Below are positions 18,957-28,524 of a DNA stretch of 64,000 bases, piece by piece. This DNA is from a virus. The position numbers were made by a program, and so were the translations under genes. Under the pieces are notes generated by a model. The model was not told the origin of the DNA, made no database searches, and saw only the letters and a program-made list of their open reading frames with translations. Numbering within the stretch: the stretch's first letter is position 1; every line of letters starts with the position of its first letter. Where the stretch lies: positions 2,597 to 66,596 of the IMG/VR virus record IMGVR_UViG_3300019758_000001. The stretch is one strand, 5' to 3'.

Positions 18957-19136
18957 TCATTTATAAATTCTCTTATATCCGTTGTTTTTTAAAGCTCTAT
19001 CAATTAATCGCAAATTTCTAGTTGCTTCAATTGTGAAGTCACCACCTTCACCACACATAGCACTTATGGTATCGGCAACATCTAAGAATGCCAAAAATTG
19101 TGCTTGAGTTAATTCTAATTTTATCTTTTTCGCCAT
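18957..19136 (-). CDS. 59-aa cassette-borne hypothetical protein
   Basis: MAKKIKLELTQAQF...YKRIYK*; flanked by ATTAGAGATCATAA and TTATGATCAAC. Confidence 0.7.
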   Translation of the reverse strand: MAKKIKLELTQAQFLAFLDVADTISAMCGEGGDFTIEATRNLRLIDRALKNNGYKRIYK

Positions 19137-19234
19137 GATTATAATTTATAAATTCTCGGTCTTATTATGATCAACGCTAAAAAACAAGTATTGTACATAA
19201 TTTTAAGGTCAAAACATTCAAGAAAAAGCGCAGC

Positions 19235-19620
19235 GCATAACAATATGCATAAATAATGCGCTGGCTCTCGTATCAACCTATCCCCCTCTCACGTGTGATC
19301 ATTTAATGGCACAAGGGTTTCTGGGCGCACTCCCTACCCATTCTGCACCATCATACACAACTGGGAAGTAAACAAATTTTTCACCCCATGCTGTAAAGTA
19401 TGCACCCTTGCTCCCACCGTAGCCATCATTAAACTCTTCTATGAGTTCTGCATCTGTTAGCGTAGTTTGCATCTTTGTAAAATCATCCCCACGCACATTA
19501 AATTCTTCTTGTAGTATTTCTTTCCAATTTGCCATCGCTCTTAAATTTTAAAGTTTATATTCTCGTTTCAACATTTCTGCGTATTTGTAAAGCACACTAT
19601 TCACACATTCAACGTTACAT
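19235..19620 (+). repeat. Long attC-like element enclosing a gene
   Basis: GCATAAC...ATGCATAAATAATGCGCT (19245-19262) pairs with AGCACACTATTCACACAT (19591-19608)...GTTACAT. Confidence 0.7.
19299..19535 (-). CDS. Hypothetical protein inside the attC-like loop
   Basis: FNDGYGG..G..FTAWGEKFVYFPVVYDGAEWVGSAPRNP. Confidence 0.8.
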   Translation of the reverse strand: MANWKEILQEEFNVRGDDFTKMQTTLTDAELIEEFNDGYGGSKGAYFTAWGEKFVYFPVVYDGAEWVGSAPRNPCAIK

Positions 19621-19712
19621 CTTTCACACTACAAACATACAACACATAAATCACGTGAACAAATAAATCCCCCGCAACTTTCATTACGAGGGATTATTTA
19701 TATTCATTCTAA

Positions 19713-20168
19713 TTAAAGTTTCTCGTCTAAAATCGAGTTAAGAACTTCATTTTTAAGGATATATGGGTTTCCGTCATACCATCCTTTTTCTTTGATTAAA
19801 TCTTGCATCGCTTTCCTTTCAGTTGGTCGAACAAAGCTTCTGCGCTCCAATTCCAAGTGAGCTTCATCCCAGATCTCTTCAATATCCTTCTGCCTTTGAG
19901 CTTCTGCAGCCATTTTCTGCAACTCCTCTAATTTACTCTCGGCTGTTTTCTCTACGACTGGAGCGTCATAATAAAACTGCAACACTTTTCGGATACGATA
20001 TCTGAATCCTTTATCCTTTACACATCTACCATTTTTATAGATAGCGAAATCATCTTTCCCGAACTCTCGCTCTACTTTAGCAATACACTCAACACCCTCT
20101 GGATATTCATCTACCTTAGACGGCAGGGATTTGAGTTTGTACATTTTTAGCACTTCTTGTCTCTTCAT
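19713..20168 (-). CDS. Hypothetical protein
   Basis: ORF overlapping the portal 3' end. Confidence 0.65.
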   Translation of the reverse strand: MKRQEVLKMYKLKSLPSKVDEYPEGVECIAKVEREFGKDDFAIYKNGRCVKDKGFRYRIRKVLQFYYDAPVVEKTAESKLEELQKMAAEAQRQKDIEEIWDEAHLELERRSFVRPTERKAMQDLIKEKGWYDGNPYILKNEVLNSILDEKL

Positions 20169-21591
20169 CTTCTATTTGTTTGGTTAATCGCTCCACTTCT
20201 TCGGGAGTCGCATATTCATTTATTTCCGCAGCAGTCTCTTTGGATAATACACTAGCTTGCGTCAATAGTGCAATCTTCTGAGCTACTTCCATTGTATTTG
20301 CAGGAACATATACATCAATCTCAGAGATAACATCCAACTTCTTCATGTCAGTACTTCTACCTTGCTCCATCCCCATACCTTCCATTGTAATCGATTCGAT
20401 TTGATTCAGGAAGCTATGATAATTAGGAGCTTTATCTAACGCATATTGGATTGCAGGATTGTAGTAATTTCTAATCGCTGCACCTGTAATATCACCACCT
20501 TTAAGATCTGCGTTTCTAATAATAACAGTTCCAGTGATATCAAATAATTGATCAAAGTATGTCTCAATCTCATACTTAAATCCTGGACTTACATCGTTCT
20601 GTTCCAGTAACTTAGCCTCTGAATTCTCTTCACCTAAGATAACTTTTCCTTGAGTTCCCTTTGCAGGTAAAACTTCAATATCACCAGTAAGAGATAATAT
20701 TCCAAGTGCGAAATAAGCATCAGATTCTCGAAGGTCAGATAAGGTTCTTTCAAGTGTCTCAATCAACTCCTGCCCATCCCCCCATGCTACATCTGCGTTG
20801 CGCTGATATGCTACAGGAACTTGTGTGAATCCATGAGCAGCAGAGTCAATGAGAGTCCATCTTTCGTCCTTTAATCCTAGATACTCTAAAGTCCTAGCGA
20901 ATCCACTCTTCTTCTCATCTGATAACTGAGCGTAAGTTTCAACCTTTCTTTCTGAGATAACGTCAATAGTATCTACAGTCACATCTTCGTAGGTTGACTT
21001 GTATCTGCGAACAAAATACTCGAGAGTTGAGCCATCTTTGTGATAGGTTGGAATAAGTGAATCTCCATTTTCATAAGACCATACATTCCACTTCAATCTA
21101 CCTTTCTTATCCTTGAAGAAATATACTGCACCATCACCTGTATTTAGAGCGGATTTAATCCCTAAGTACATTGCTTGATGAACACCTTTAGATTTGCGAT
21201 ATTCCTTGTAATCGATAAATAAGTCACCATCCGACTTTTTAGTTGCCGTAAGTTTTGGAGCATTACCGATAAGATGAACTGCTTGTTTGAGCGAAATCAT
21301 CTTCTGTAATGACAATCCAACTCTAGATACTAGTTCCTTTCTTACGAAATTCCCTTCCTCGTCACTAACTACTTTATCAGGATATATCGATGTATTGTAT
21401 ATTTTATGTCCTCTAACGTCATATTCAGCAGCAAATTCAGCTTGAGTCATCTCGATATAACGAGTCTCTGGAGCTAATACTTCACTGTAGGCTACGCTTC
21501 CTATTACCGATTTCTTTTGCTCCTTTTTCGCCTCGGGAGCTGCTTGCCTAACGAAAGGCTTTTTAACTAATAATTTATTGACTTGACTCAT
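20116..21591 (-). CDS. Portal protein (SPP1 gp6-like)
   Basis: About 490 aa, downstream of TerL; HGFTQVPV, GDITGAAI, LSKETA motifs. Confidence 0.88.
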   Translation of the reverse strand: MSQVNKLLVKKPFVRQAAPEAKKEQKKSVIGSVAYSEVLAPETRYIEMTQAEFAAEYDVRGHKIYNTSIYPDKVVSDEEGNFVRKELVSRVGLSLQKMISLKQAVHLIGNAPKLTATKKSDGDLFIDYKEYRKSKGVHQAMYLGIKSALNTGDGAVYFFKDKKGRLKWNVWSYENGDSLIPTYHKDGSTLEYFVRRYKSTYEDVTVDTIDVISERKVETYAQLSDEKKSGFARTLEYLGLKDERWTLIDSAAHGFTQVPVAYQRNADVAWGDGQELIETLERTLSDLRESDAYFALGILSLTGDIEVLPAKGTQGKVILGEENSEAKLLEQNDVSPGFKYEIETYFDQLFDITGTVIIRNADLKGGDITGAAIRNYYNPAIQYALDKAPNYHSFLNQIESITMEGMGMEQGRSTDMKKLDVISEIDVYVPANTMEVAQKIALLTQASVLSKETAAEINEYATPEEVERLTKQIEDEETRSAKNVQTQIPAV

Positions 21592-21644
21592 AAGCTGTAA
21601 TATAATGAAAATATGGGAGACTAGCAAAGTAGTCTCCCTTGTGA

Positions 21645-23063
21645 TTATCTTATAAGAAAACTACAGTTAGATGTTCTGATATTGTCGTAAGGCGAATCTG
21701 TAACTCTACAAAATAATTCTACATAGTCACCATTAGTGAAATTATAGTAAGGCATCATCATTGATATACTCATTGTGTCGTTTGGCTCAATAGTAGCTTT
21801 CTTGTTAGGATATGGATTATTAGCCTCGTCCCCATTAATTCTAAATTGCCACTCTAACTTCCTAGTATTTACATCATCGTGATGACCAGTGAATGTTGCA
21901 AATATACTTAACCCTTCACCTCCGTTATTGTAAACCCATCTATTATTAATTAAATCAAATGTGAAATTCTTTTCAAGTTCAGGCGTAAAAGTAGCGTCAA
22001 CTTTATACCATTGCGACTGATTAGTACATATCGTTTCTTCATACCCGAAGTAACCAGCAGCCCAAGCTATATCTAATTTATCATCAACATAACTCTCTTT
22101 AGCTAGGTTGTCAAATGAAAACACCTGCCTGTCATATTCAACGTACAACTCTAATGAGCTGTTGCCCAATAGATCACCGCCGTCATTTTCCCATTTATTA
22201 GTAAATTCAATCACCTGATCCTTAATGTATCTTTGTGGAGTGGAAGTGCCTTCAAAATAGAAATCTATCTTATGTAAGCCAGCCCCAATAAGATCAACTC
22301 CTATATCATCAGCGTATTTGAATTTATCTGGATAACTCTCTATTATCTTATTGGTTGTTAGTGATTTAGCTTGAAATCTAAAATTCCTAACCGTTCCGTT
22401 AGTCTTAACGTATAACGCATTCATTATGAAGTTATCTAAAAACTGAACACTAACGACTCCACCTGATGATAATACCGTATCAGAGATACCTTGAAATACT
22501 TGCCTTTCTTCCGCTTCAGCACAAACCTCAAACGTATTGCTGCAGCCGCTTTTATCAATCTCCTGATATGGTATTTGATATTTAGAACCAGTTATGTTTG
22601 ATGTATTGATCTGCTGAGGGCCACTGCCAGATAATCCAAGCCCATCTCCAAGTATATATGTCGCTGGTATTGAATCCACTCCTGCCTCGGCTACTATAAC
22701 AGTTGACACTCTTATTTTTCCATCTTCATCTTGAGATATGTTAGACCCATTAAGATTACCTAACCCATCACTTTTAGGAATCACTCTGTTAGCCACATTT
22801 ATATCGCCCCCTTCTATAGAGGGCTTAACGAAAAAAGAGTCAATCTCCAACTTTAAATCTTCAAGAGTGCCATAAAGAGTATCGTTTTCTCTTTTTATTT
22901 TAGATATACTTGTCTCTTGTAATATACCGTTAGTCACACTGAATTTACCGCTATTACTATTATAAACTCCATAACATCCATTAGATATAGATATTGTTCT
23001 TGAAACCCCATCCATGTCGATTACAAGGCTTCCGTTTGCATTTAAATAAACTTTTACTTCCAT
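21645..23063 (-). CDS. Putative virion fibre/adhesin with C-terminal C1q/TNF-like beta-sandwich
   Basis: Beta-rich; IPKSDGLGNLNGSNI fibre-like stretch; FTNGDYVELF C-terminus. Confidence 0.45.
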   Translation of the reverse strand: MEVKVYLNANGSLVIDMDGVSRTISISNGCYGVYNSNSGKFSVTNGILQETSISKIKRENDTLYGTLEDLKLEIDSFFVKPSIEGGDINVANRVIPKSDGLGNLNGSNISQDEDGKIRVSTVIVAEAGVDSIPATYILGDGLGLSGSGPQQINTSNITGSKYQIPYQEIDKSGCSNTFEVCAEAEERQVFQGISDTVLSSGGVVSVQFLDNFIMNALYVKTNGTVRNFRFQAKSLTTNKIIESYPDKFKYADDIGVDLIGAGLHKIDFYFEGTSTPQRYIKDQVIEFTNKWENDGGDLLGNSSLELYVEYDRQVFSFDNLAKESYVDDKLDIAWAAGYFGYEETICTNQSQWYKVDATFTPELEKNFTFDLINNRWVYNNGGEGLSIFATFTGHHDDVNTRKLEWQFRINGDEANNPYPNKKATIEPNDTMSISMMMPYYNFTNGDYVELFCRVTDSPYDNIRTSNCSFLIR

Positions 23064-23074
23064 CTGCTATATTA

Positions 23075-25054
23075 TTATAGGTTATAAATTCCCTTCTTCT
23101 TAGACTTTCCTTTTTTCTTTTCTAATGTGTGTATAATAGCATAAACTAGTGCTTCAAGAAAGTCAGGTGAATGACCTAAGATAAGCTTCATCCCTTTCTT
23201 GCCAAGCATCTTAGTCTTACCATCACTTTCGTCTATCTTTAAGGCTCGTCTTTCATGCTGAAGTATTTCTCTTACGGTCATTTTACCTTTCTTACCGTAA
23301 TCAAATCTCTTGTATGATAATGGCTCGTCTATACTTAATTTAGTGTCAAGTAGTAACGATCCTAATTGCCACATAATTTGAGACTTCAACTTATCGAAAC
23401 TCTCATCATTATTAAGTGGTCTTGCATTTGGTTGAACTGCATATGCTCTTTTAAAATCAGCAAGAACCTGTCCATTACCCACTGCATCGTAATATATATC
23501 CTCTTCTCTGATATTATATTTATCGACCAATCTTCTCACTAATGCCTTTAAATCGTCAGGTCTTAAGAATGGTCTGATTTCTATATCTACAATGTGCAAT
23601 CCGTCCATTATTATAAAAACGCAAGAATCGTCACCGAGTAAAGCAACGTCAATAGCAAGCCTAAATCTACCACTCCTTTGTTCTGAGTTGTCAAACATAG
23701 CTTCCATTACTGACCTTGGAATCATTTCTTCTCCATCGTCCTTGACGTTCCAGTTTCCAGAGAAATTTCGAGCAATCTCAGCTTTCCCACCCATTGCGAT
23801 ATTTGCAACATAACTTGAGTCGGATTCGATAAGTTTTGCATTTTCTGCCAAATCACCTTTTATGAAAACGAAGCTTTTTATCATATCATATCTAGACATC
23901 CCGTACTTGTCGGCAAATTCAGGTTTCCAAGCCATATCTATAAATGTCTTAGCTTGCTGGTAAACCTCCTCTTTTGTATTTCCCCAATAAACATCATCTA
24001 CCGTACTGCCGTAAACGTAAAAATAACGAACCTTACTGTCCCTCTCTGGATCTATATATCCATCATCATTAATATACCAATCAATCCATTTTCGTAACCA
24101 ACTGTCTACGTTGGGGTTACAGCTACCATGAAGCCTATTTCTTATTCCTAATGAGTTACGGTTCGACTGAATAAGTTTTAAAACTGTATTGAATTTAACT
24201 TGGTCAATCTCATCAATATAGATGGCTGGAATCTCAAGCCCCTTAAATCTGGATTCGATCACAGAATCACTTTCATTCTCCAAGTGGTCAAACGTAACTG
24301 TAGCTCCTGATGGGAATACAAATTGTAATGCTGACCTTTTTTCTTCGCCACCAAGCGCAGGGTAAATTAATTTCGCCTTATCAAAAAGCCCACCGCCTTT
24401 AGTTAAATCCTTAAGGTTTTTACGAAACACATTGGCTGTGAATTTAGGATTACGCACATCGTATAATATATCTAACATGATAGCAAATGAGTTATGCGTA
24501 ACTATTCCATTGTCAGTCACATATAATCCATCCTCACCAGTTAATGATATACATCTACAATCCGCAACACCTGTATATCTGCAGCCTAAAACTTGCTCCA
24601 TCTGTAAATCACAACCACTCTCTTTATGCATAGGAGTGTATATTTCATAACCATTATCTAAAGCATAAGCTATTTCAGTTGTAGTTAAAACCTTTCGCTC
24701 TTTCTCATTTATAAAAACATCCCATAAATGGTCGGTAGATGCTTTTGTTGATTTTCCACTAGCAGTAGTTAGTGTGTATATATCTAGAATGCCTTTCTCA
24801 TGTATTTGAAATACAAATTGAGTGTCACCAACTGGATCTATCACTTCTGAGCCAACTTCTAAATCCCCAATCTTAACATAACCATTAGTAGTTTTTACCT
24901 TAGAGTCCTTATCCTGAGCCTTCCCACCGCCTCTTGAGCCACCGAAAACGATAAAGCTCGCATCAGCTAACAGAACCGACTCCTGCATCCCTTGCTGCCC
25001 ACAGAAATCAATATCTTTTAAAATACTATCATCTAATTCTTTTCTTGTAATCAT
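23075..25054 (-). CDS. terL: Terminase large subunit (intein-containing)
   Basis: Walker A GGSRGGGK/S, Walker B IYIDE, SCNP, nuclease motifs AIDVA, YDAVG and HSPD; start adjusted to ATG at 25054. Confidence 0.95.
   Translation of the reverse strand: MITRKELDDSILKDIDFCGQQGMQESVLLADASFIVFGGSRGGGKAQDKDSKVKTTNGYVKIGDLEVGSEVIDPVGDTQFVFQIHEKGILDIYTLTTASGKSTKASTDHLWDVFINEKERKVLTTTEIAYALDNGYEIYTPMHKESGCDLQMEQVLGCRYTGVADCRCISLTGEDGLYVTDNGIVTHNSFAIMLDILYDVRNPKFTANVFRKNLKDLTKGGGLFDKAKLIYPALGGEEKRSALQFVFPSGATVTFDHLENESDSVIESRFKGLEIPAIYIDEIDQVKFNTVLKLIQSNRNSLGIRNRLHGSCNPNVDSWLRKWIDWYINDDGYIDPERDSKVRYFYVYGSTVDDVYWGNTKEEVYQQAKTFIDMAWKPEFADKYGMSRYDMIKSFVFIKGDLAENAKLIESDSSYVANIAMGGKAEIARNFSGNWNVKDDGEEMIPRSVMEAMFDNSEQRSGRFRLAIDVALLGDDSCVFIIMDGLHIVDIEIRPFLRPDDLKALVRRLVDKYNIREEDIYYDAVGNGQVLADFKRAYAVQPNARPLNNDESFDKLKSQIMWQLGSLLLDTKLSIDEPLSYKRFDYGKKGKMTVREILQHERRALKIDESDGKTKMLGKKGMKLILGHSPDFLEALVYAIIHTLEKKKGKSKKKGIYNL
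24491..24919 (-). mobile_element. 143-aa class 3 mini-intein in the TerL Walker A motif
   Basis: Starts with Ala (AQDKDS); block B STDHLW, block F CRCISL, ends VTHN/S; no homing endonuclease. Confidence 0.9.
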
Positions 25055-25064
25055 ACATATACGT

Positions 25065-25101
25065 AAAAAGAGAGATAGCAAAAACCACCTCTCTATAGGT
25101 T
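25065..25101 (-). promoter_or_regulatory. AACCTA-NN-GAGAGGT hairpin with U tract in the terL leader
   Basis: AACCTATAGAGAGGTGG-TTTTTG-CTATCTCTC-TTTTT. Confidence 0.7.
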
Positions 25102-25149
25102 TAAAACGATTCTGTAAGATACTAAAAAATACTCTAACCTGAAAGATTA

Positions 25150-26127
25150 CTATAACGCCTGAAACATTTGCCTAACTTTGGTTGATATGTATTTATTTAC
25201 ATCTTTATTAGATAATCCATTCTTAACCATAACATCTGCCTCTTCTGAGTTAACATCTCCAACTACCCACCTAATAAGATCTCCCATCTTTTTTATGTCA
25301 ATCTCATCATTACCAAATACACTCTCAATGCCTTGATTGAATCTATTTTCGGTTACGGAATATTCAATGAATTCATTTATAGAATTTAACTTCTCTACAT
25401 CAACACTTGCTAGGGTTTTTACTTTAGATACTGAATGCTTCTCTCCCTTAACTTTAAATTGATACATGACACCGTCATACTCGCAACTCCACACAACACC
25501 TTCACCAACACCGTTATCTACACCGAAAGCTTTTGCTACTGGACATTCAAGTTCTATAGCCTTAGTTATATCCTGAAGCTCATTTTGCTTTAGCTGTGGA
25601 TTATTGAAATCAATTGTAATATTAAATGTGGCGTAATCATTGATGTTAAATATGCCATAGTCGGAGCATTTAATATCCTCACTAGGAAGCCAATATGAGT
25701 CGAAATCCTCATCATCTTGCTTTGATATCTTAATTCCGAATACGTAAAATGCCTTGTCTAGATTAGATATCCCAACTCCTTTTTGAACTCCTAATCCTGC
25801 CCATTCACCATAAATAGATACGGTAAATATATTAGCATCGATTTGATACGCATTAATAATACTGTCAAATAAAGAGCAGAAGTGAACTTTTCTACTGTCA
25901 GCGAATTTCGCAAATCCAGCATTATCTTGCTCTGGTGTTATTACGTTATTCCTTGACTGAATCCAAAAACCGTCTGTAGAATTAAAACAAACTGATGCGT
26001 TAGTTCCGTGTAGTTTCACTGTTCCTTTAAAGGTTAAAGTTGGCTTCTCTCCGTATCCATAAGCTCTATTGATGTCGGATATCGTGTTTCTAAACTGCTG
26101 AATCTTAGGGTACTTTGTGTGTTTCAT
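25150..26127 (-). CDS. RNA ligase (Rnl2-like nucleotidyltransferase)
   Basis: KLHGTN, YGEWAG, FYVF, GEGVVW, FKVKGEKH; own TAGATTTG promoter at 26154-26161. Confidence 0.85.
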   Translation of the reverse strand: MKHTKYPKIQQFRNTISDINRAYGYGEKPTLTFKGTVKLHGTNASVCFNSTDGFWIQSRNNVITPEQDNAGFAKFADSRKVHFCSLFDSIINAYQIDANIFTVSIYGEWAGLGVQKGVGISNLDKAFYVFGIKISKQDDEDFDSYWLPSEDIKCSDYGIFNINDYATFNITIDFNNPQLKQNELQDITKAIELECPVAKAFGVDNGVGEGVVWSCEYDGVMYQFKVKGEKHSVSKVKTLASVDVEKLNSINEFIEYSVTENRFNQGIESVFGNDEIDIKKMGDLIRWVVGDVNSEEADVMVKNGLSNKDVNKYISTKVRQMFQAL

Positions 26128-26227
26128 TTTTCTTTCTTTTAATTAATAATACTCAAATCTACGTAACTTATTTTTAACCACCAAACATTTTTGCGATTAT
26201 TTTAAATAATATCTAATCTCGCCAACC

Positions 26228-26821
26228 CTAACTAGCGTACTTATTATATAGGATATCTTTTATGCCATTACTAGATCCGATAATATTGAATAATGAAACG
26301 TAATCTGATATTACAGCATCCCTTACTTTAATCATCTCAATGGTCATGTCAGCTTTCTTGATCATCTTCTCAAAACCGAACATATTCGACACTGCTTTAT
26401 TTGCGACAGTATTAGCTTTCACATATGGGATTTTATCGTTTTTCAATAAATCAGGCAGGAGTTGATGAAGAGTCGCCATTACTTCTAGTTGATGAGATCT
26501 ACTACTTGTCATGAATTTCTCGTCATGCAATAAACGTTCGCATTCTATAAAGTATGTTCGAACCTCATCACCTTTGGTTGTTTTCTCAGCCATAGCGATA
26601 CGTTTAGCGCAATCTAACGTAATAGTATAGTCTACTCTATTATGCCCTCCACGCCCCTCTGTTTGCGTCACTTTTGGGGGAAGCAAAGAATAATCATCAC
26701 CATCTTCGAAAAATGGATTATTAATAATTCTCTTCTTAACCCAATCCGAAAACTTCTTCTTACTTCCTAGTTCCTGATGCAACTCTCTCGCATCCACTCT
26801 TCCTTCTTTAAATAATTCCAT
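26228..26821 (-). CDS. AntA/AntB-family antirepressor
   Basis: VDARELHQEL...FSDW.K.RI...GGHNRVDY.ITLD.AK.IAM...VRTYFIECE. Confidence 0.9.
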   Translation of the reverse strand: MELFKEGRVDARELHQELGSKKKFSDWVKKRIINNPFFEDGDDYSLLPPKVTQTEGRGGHNRVDYTITLDCAKRIAMAEKTTKGDEVRTYFIECERLLHDEKFMTSSRSHQLEVMATLHQLLPDLLKNDKIPYVKANTVANKAVSNMFGFEKMIKKADMTIEMIKVRDAVISDYVSLFNIIGSSNGIKDILYNKYAS

Positions 26822-26822
26822 A

Positions 26823-27089
26823 TTACTCCGTTTTAGATCTTAATTCTTTTACTAGATATTTTAATAGTACCTTTCCGTATTCCTTCTTACTTAAATGCCT
26901 ACCATCTTCGTGCATAAGCTCATTTATTGGCATCGCAATTTCAGCATCATTCTCAATGTAGTCGATTAGATTAGCAACTTGTTTTTCAGCGTAAGTAATT
27001 ACGTGCATCTCGATACAATCCAATCCGTAGCTATCCGTAGTGCATAATCTATCTATACAGCTAACCGTTCTTTCTAATTCTTCATTCAT
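26823..27089 (-). CDS. Hypothetical protein
   Basis: ORF; start adjusted to ATG at 27089. Confidence 0.6.
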   Translation of the reverse strand: MNEELERTVSCIDRLCTTDSYGLDCIEMHVITYAEKQVANLIDYIENDAEIAMPINELMHEDGRHLSKKEYGKVLLKYLVKELRSKTE

Positions 27090-27214
27090 AATAAATCCTC
27101 CTCTTCTAATTCTTTTAGATTCTTTTCTTGCATAAAACTTGCAAAGCTTCCTGTTCCTGCCATAAATAATGCGAATAATAAAAAGCAAATTATCTTTAAT
27201 ACTATCATCTCTTC

Positions 27215-27493
27215 TTATTTAGTGTTAAATGTAAATACAACATCATTGCCTTTGTAGAAATTATCTTTGCAATGGATTTCAATTTGTTTATTATTATCAC
27301 TCGCATCTTTAATCTCTTGCTCGGTTTCCTGCACGTGATAAAATGTAAATTCAGTGTCATTTATGGTAATCTGAATCATTCTACCAGTGGTGGCATCATT
27401 ACAGCCGCATTCATCTTCTAGGTATATACTTCCGCATCTATCACATATTGGAATTGAGTGTGATAATTCACCTTTAAGAGTTATTATCTCCAT
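27215..27493 (-). CDS. Hypothetical protein with CxxC
   Basis: CDRCG...CGC. Confidence 0.65.
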   Translation of the reverse strand: MEIITLKGELSHSIPICDRCGSIYLEDECGCNDATTGRMIQITINDTEFTFYHVQETEQEIKDASDNNKQIEIHCKDNFYKGNDVVFTFNTK

Positions 27494-27500
27494 TCTCTTC

Positions 27501-27893
27501 TTATTTTAAATCATTAATATTCACAGCAAGCCCATCTTCAATAAGGCCGAATAAATCAATATGATTCCTGCACGCACACTCATATGTTCTGTAAGGTGTA
27601 TCTTTTAATTCCATATCTCCTCTATGTAATTCCCAGATATCAACAACCACATCCATATTACAACCTAGCAGTTTCATGACTCGTCCACCCAACACATCGC
27701 CGCAATAATCCGACAATGGGCGAAGGATTGGATTGATTTCATCTAACTCTAATTCTATCTGAGCGTATCCGTCCATGAATATCGCCCCGTAAGTTGCTAA
27801 CCCAAACATTTCCATAACACCTCTTCTTGTATCACACTTTAACTTGTAAGGTGAGTAAGGTGCTAGGTGTTTCATCTCTAATTTCCTTTTCAT
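27501..27893 (-). CDS. Hypothetical phage protein
   Basis: LEMKHLAPYSPY...PILRPLSD...HIDLFGLIEDGLA. Confidence 0.8.
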   Translation of the reverse strand: MKRKLEMKHLAPYSPYKLKCDTRRGVMEMFGLATYGAIFMDGYAQIELELDEINPILRPLSDYCGDVLGGRVMKLLGCNMDVVVDIWELHRGDMELKDTPYRTYECACRNHIDLFGLIEDGLAVNINDLK

Positions 27894-27897
27894 CTCT

Positions 27898-28287
27898 TTA
27901 TTCTTTATAATATTCAGTAAAATCATTCCAGAAATCTTCATGGCTGATATTTTTGTTATTTATTCTTTCTAGCAATTCGACACAGTCTCCATCAATAGCT
28001 AGTATTCTTATCATTGGAATGCCGAATTCAGTAAGTTGTCTGACATCCTGACTATCTACATTGTCATTATCTCTTATTCTATCAAACACAAATTTCATGT
28101 ACTTAAATTCAATACCAATCCTTTCAGACACGCTCTTAATTATATTATTCCGATTATACTCTTCACATATATTCGCGTGATATTTCTGAGCATACTCCTT
28201 AATAATGAAGCGAATATAGTCCTCTTCGAAAGCTTGCGTCGTCATTCTAGCTTTAAGCCATTCTATGTGACGGTCTAATTCTGTCAT
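27898..28287 (-). CDS. Hypothetical protein
   Basis: ORF in operon. Confidence 0.65.
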   Translation of the reverse strand: MTELDRHIEWLKARMTTQAFEEDYIRFIIKEYAQKYHANICEEYNRNNIIKSVSERIGIEFKYMKFVFDRIRDNDNVDSQDVRQLTEFGIPMIRILAIDGDCVELLERINNKNISHEDFWNDFTEYYKE

Positions 28288-28514
28288 TACTTATCCTCCT
28301 GCTTTTTGTCGTCAACACCTTTAGCACTCTCAATATTTGGCCTACTGGGTTTTTCACATATCATATAGTGTGTGTATCTGCCGAGAGGTATAAAATCATC
28401 CTTACCGTAAAACTCAACCTCATCAGTAATATCATTATACAACCAAAGATCTAACTCTTCAACTATCGCCCCACCTTCATTCTTGTCTACTTTTATCCAT
28501 TCTTTTTTACTCAT
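28287..28514 (-). CDS. Hypothetical protein (DUF551-like)
   Basis: WIKV...THYM....P..P. Confidence 0.55.
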   Translation of the reverse strand: MSKKEWIKVDKNEGGAIVEELDLWLYNDITDEVEFYGKDDFIPLGRYTHYMICEKPSRPNIESAKGVDDKKQEDK

Positions 28515-28524
28515 CTTTTCTCTT

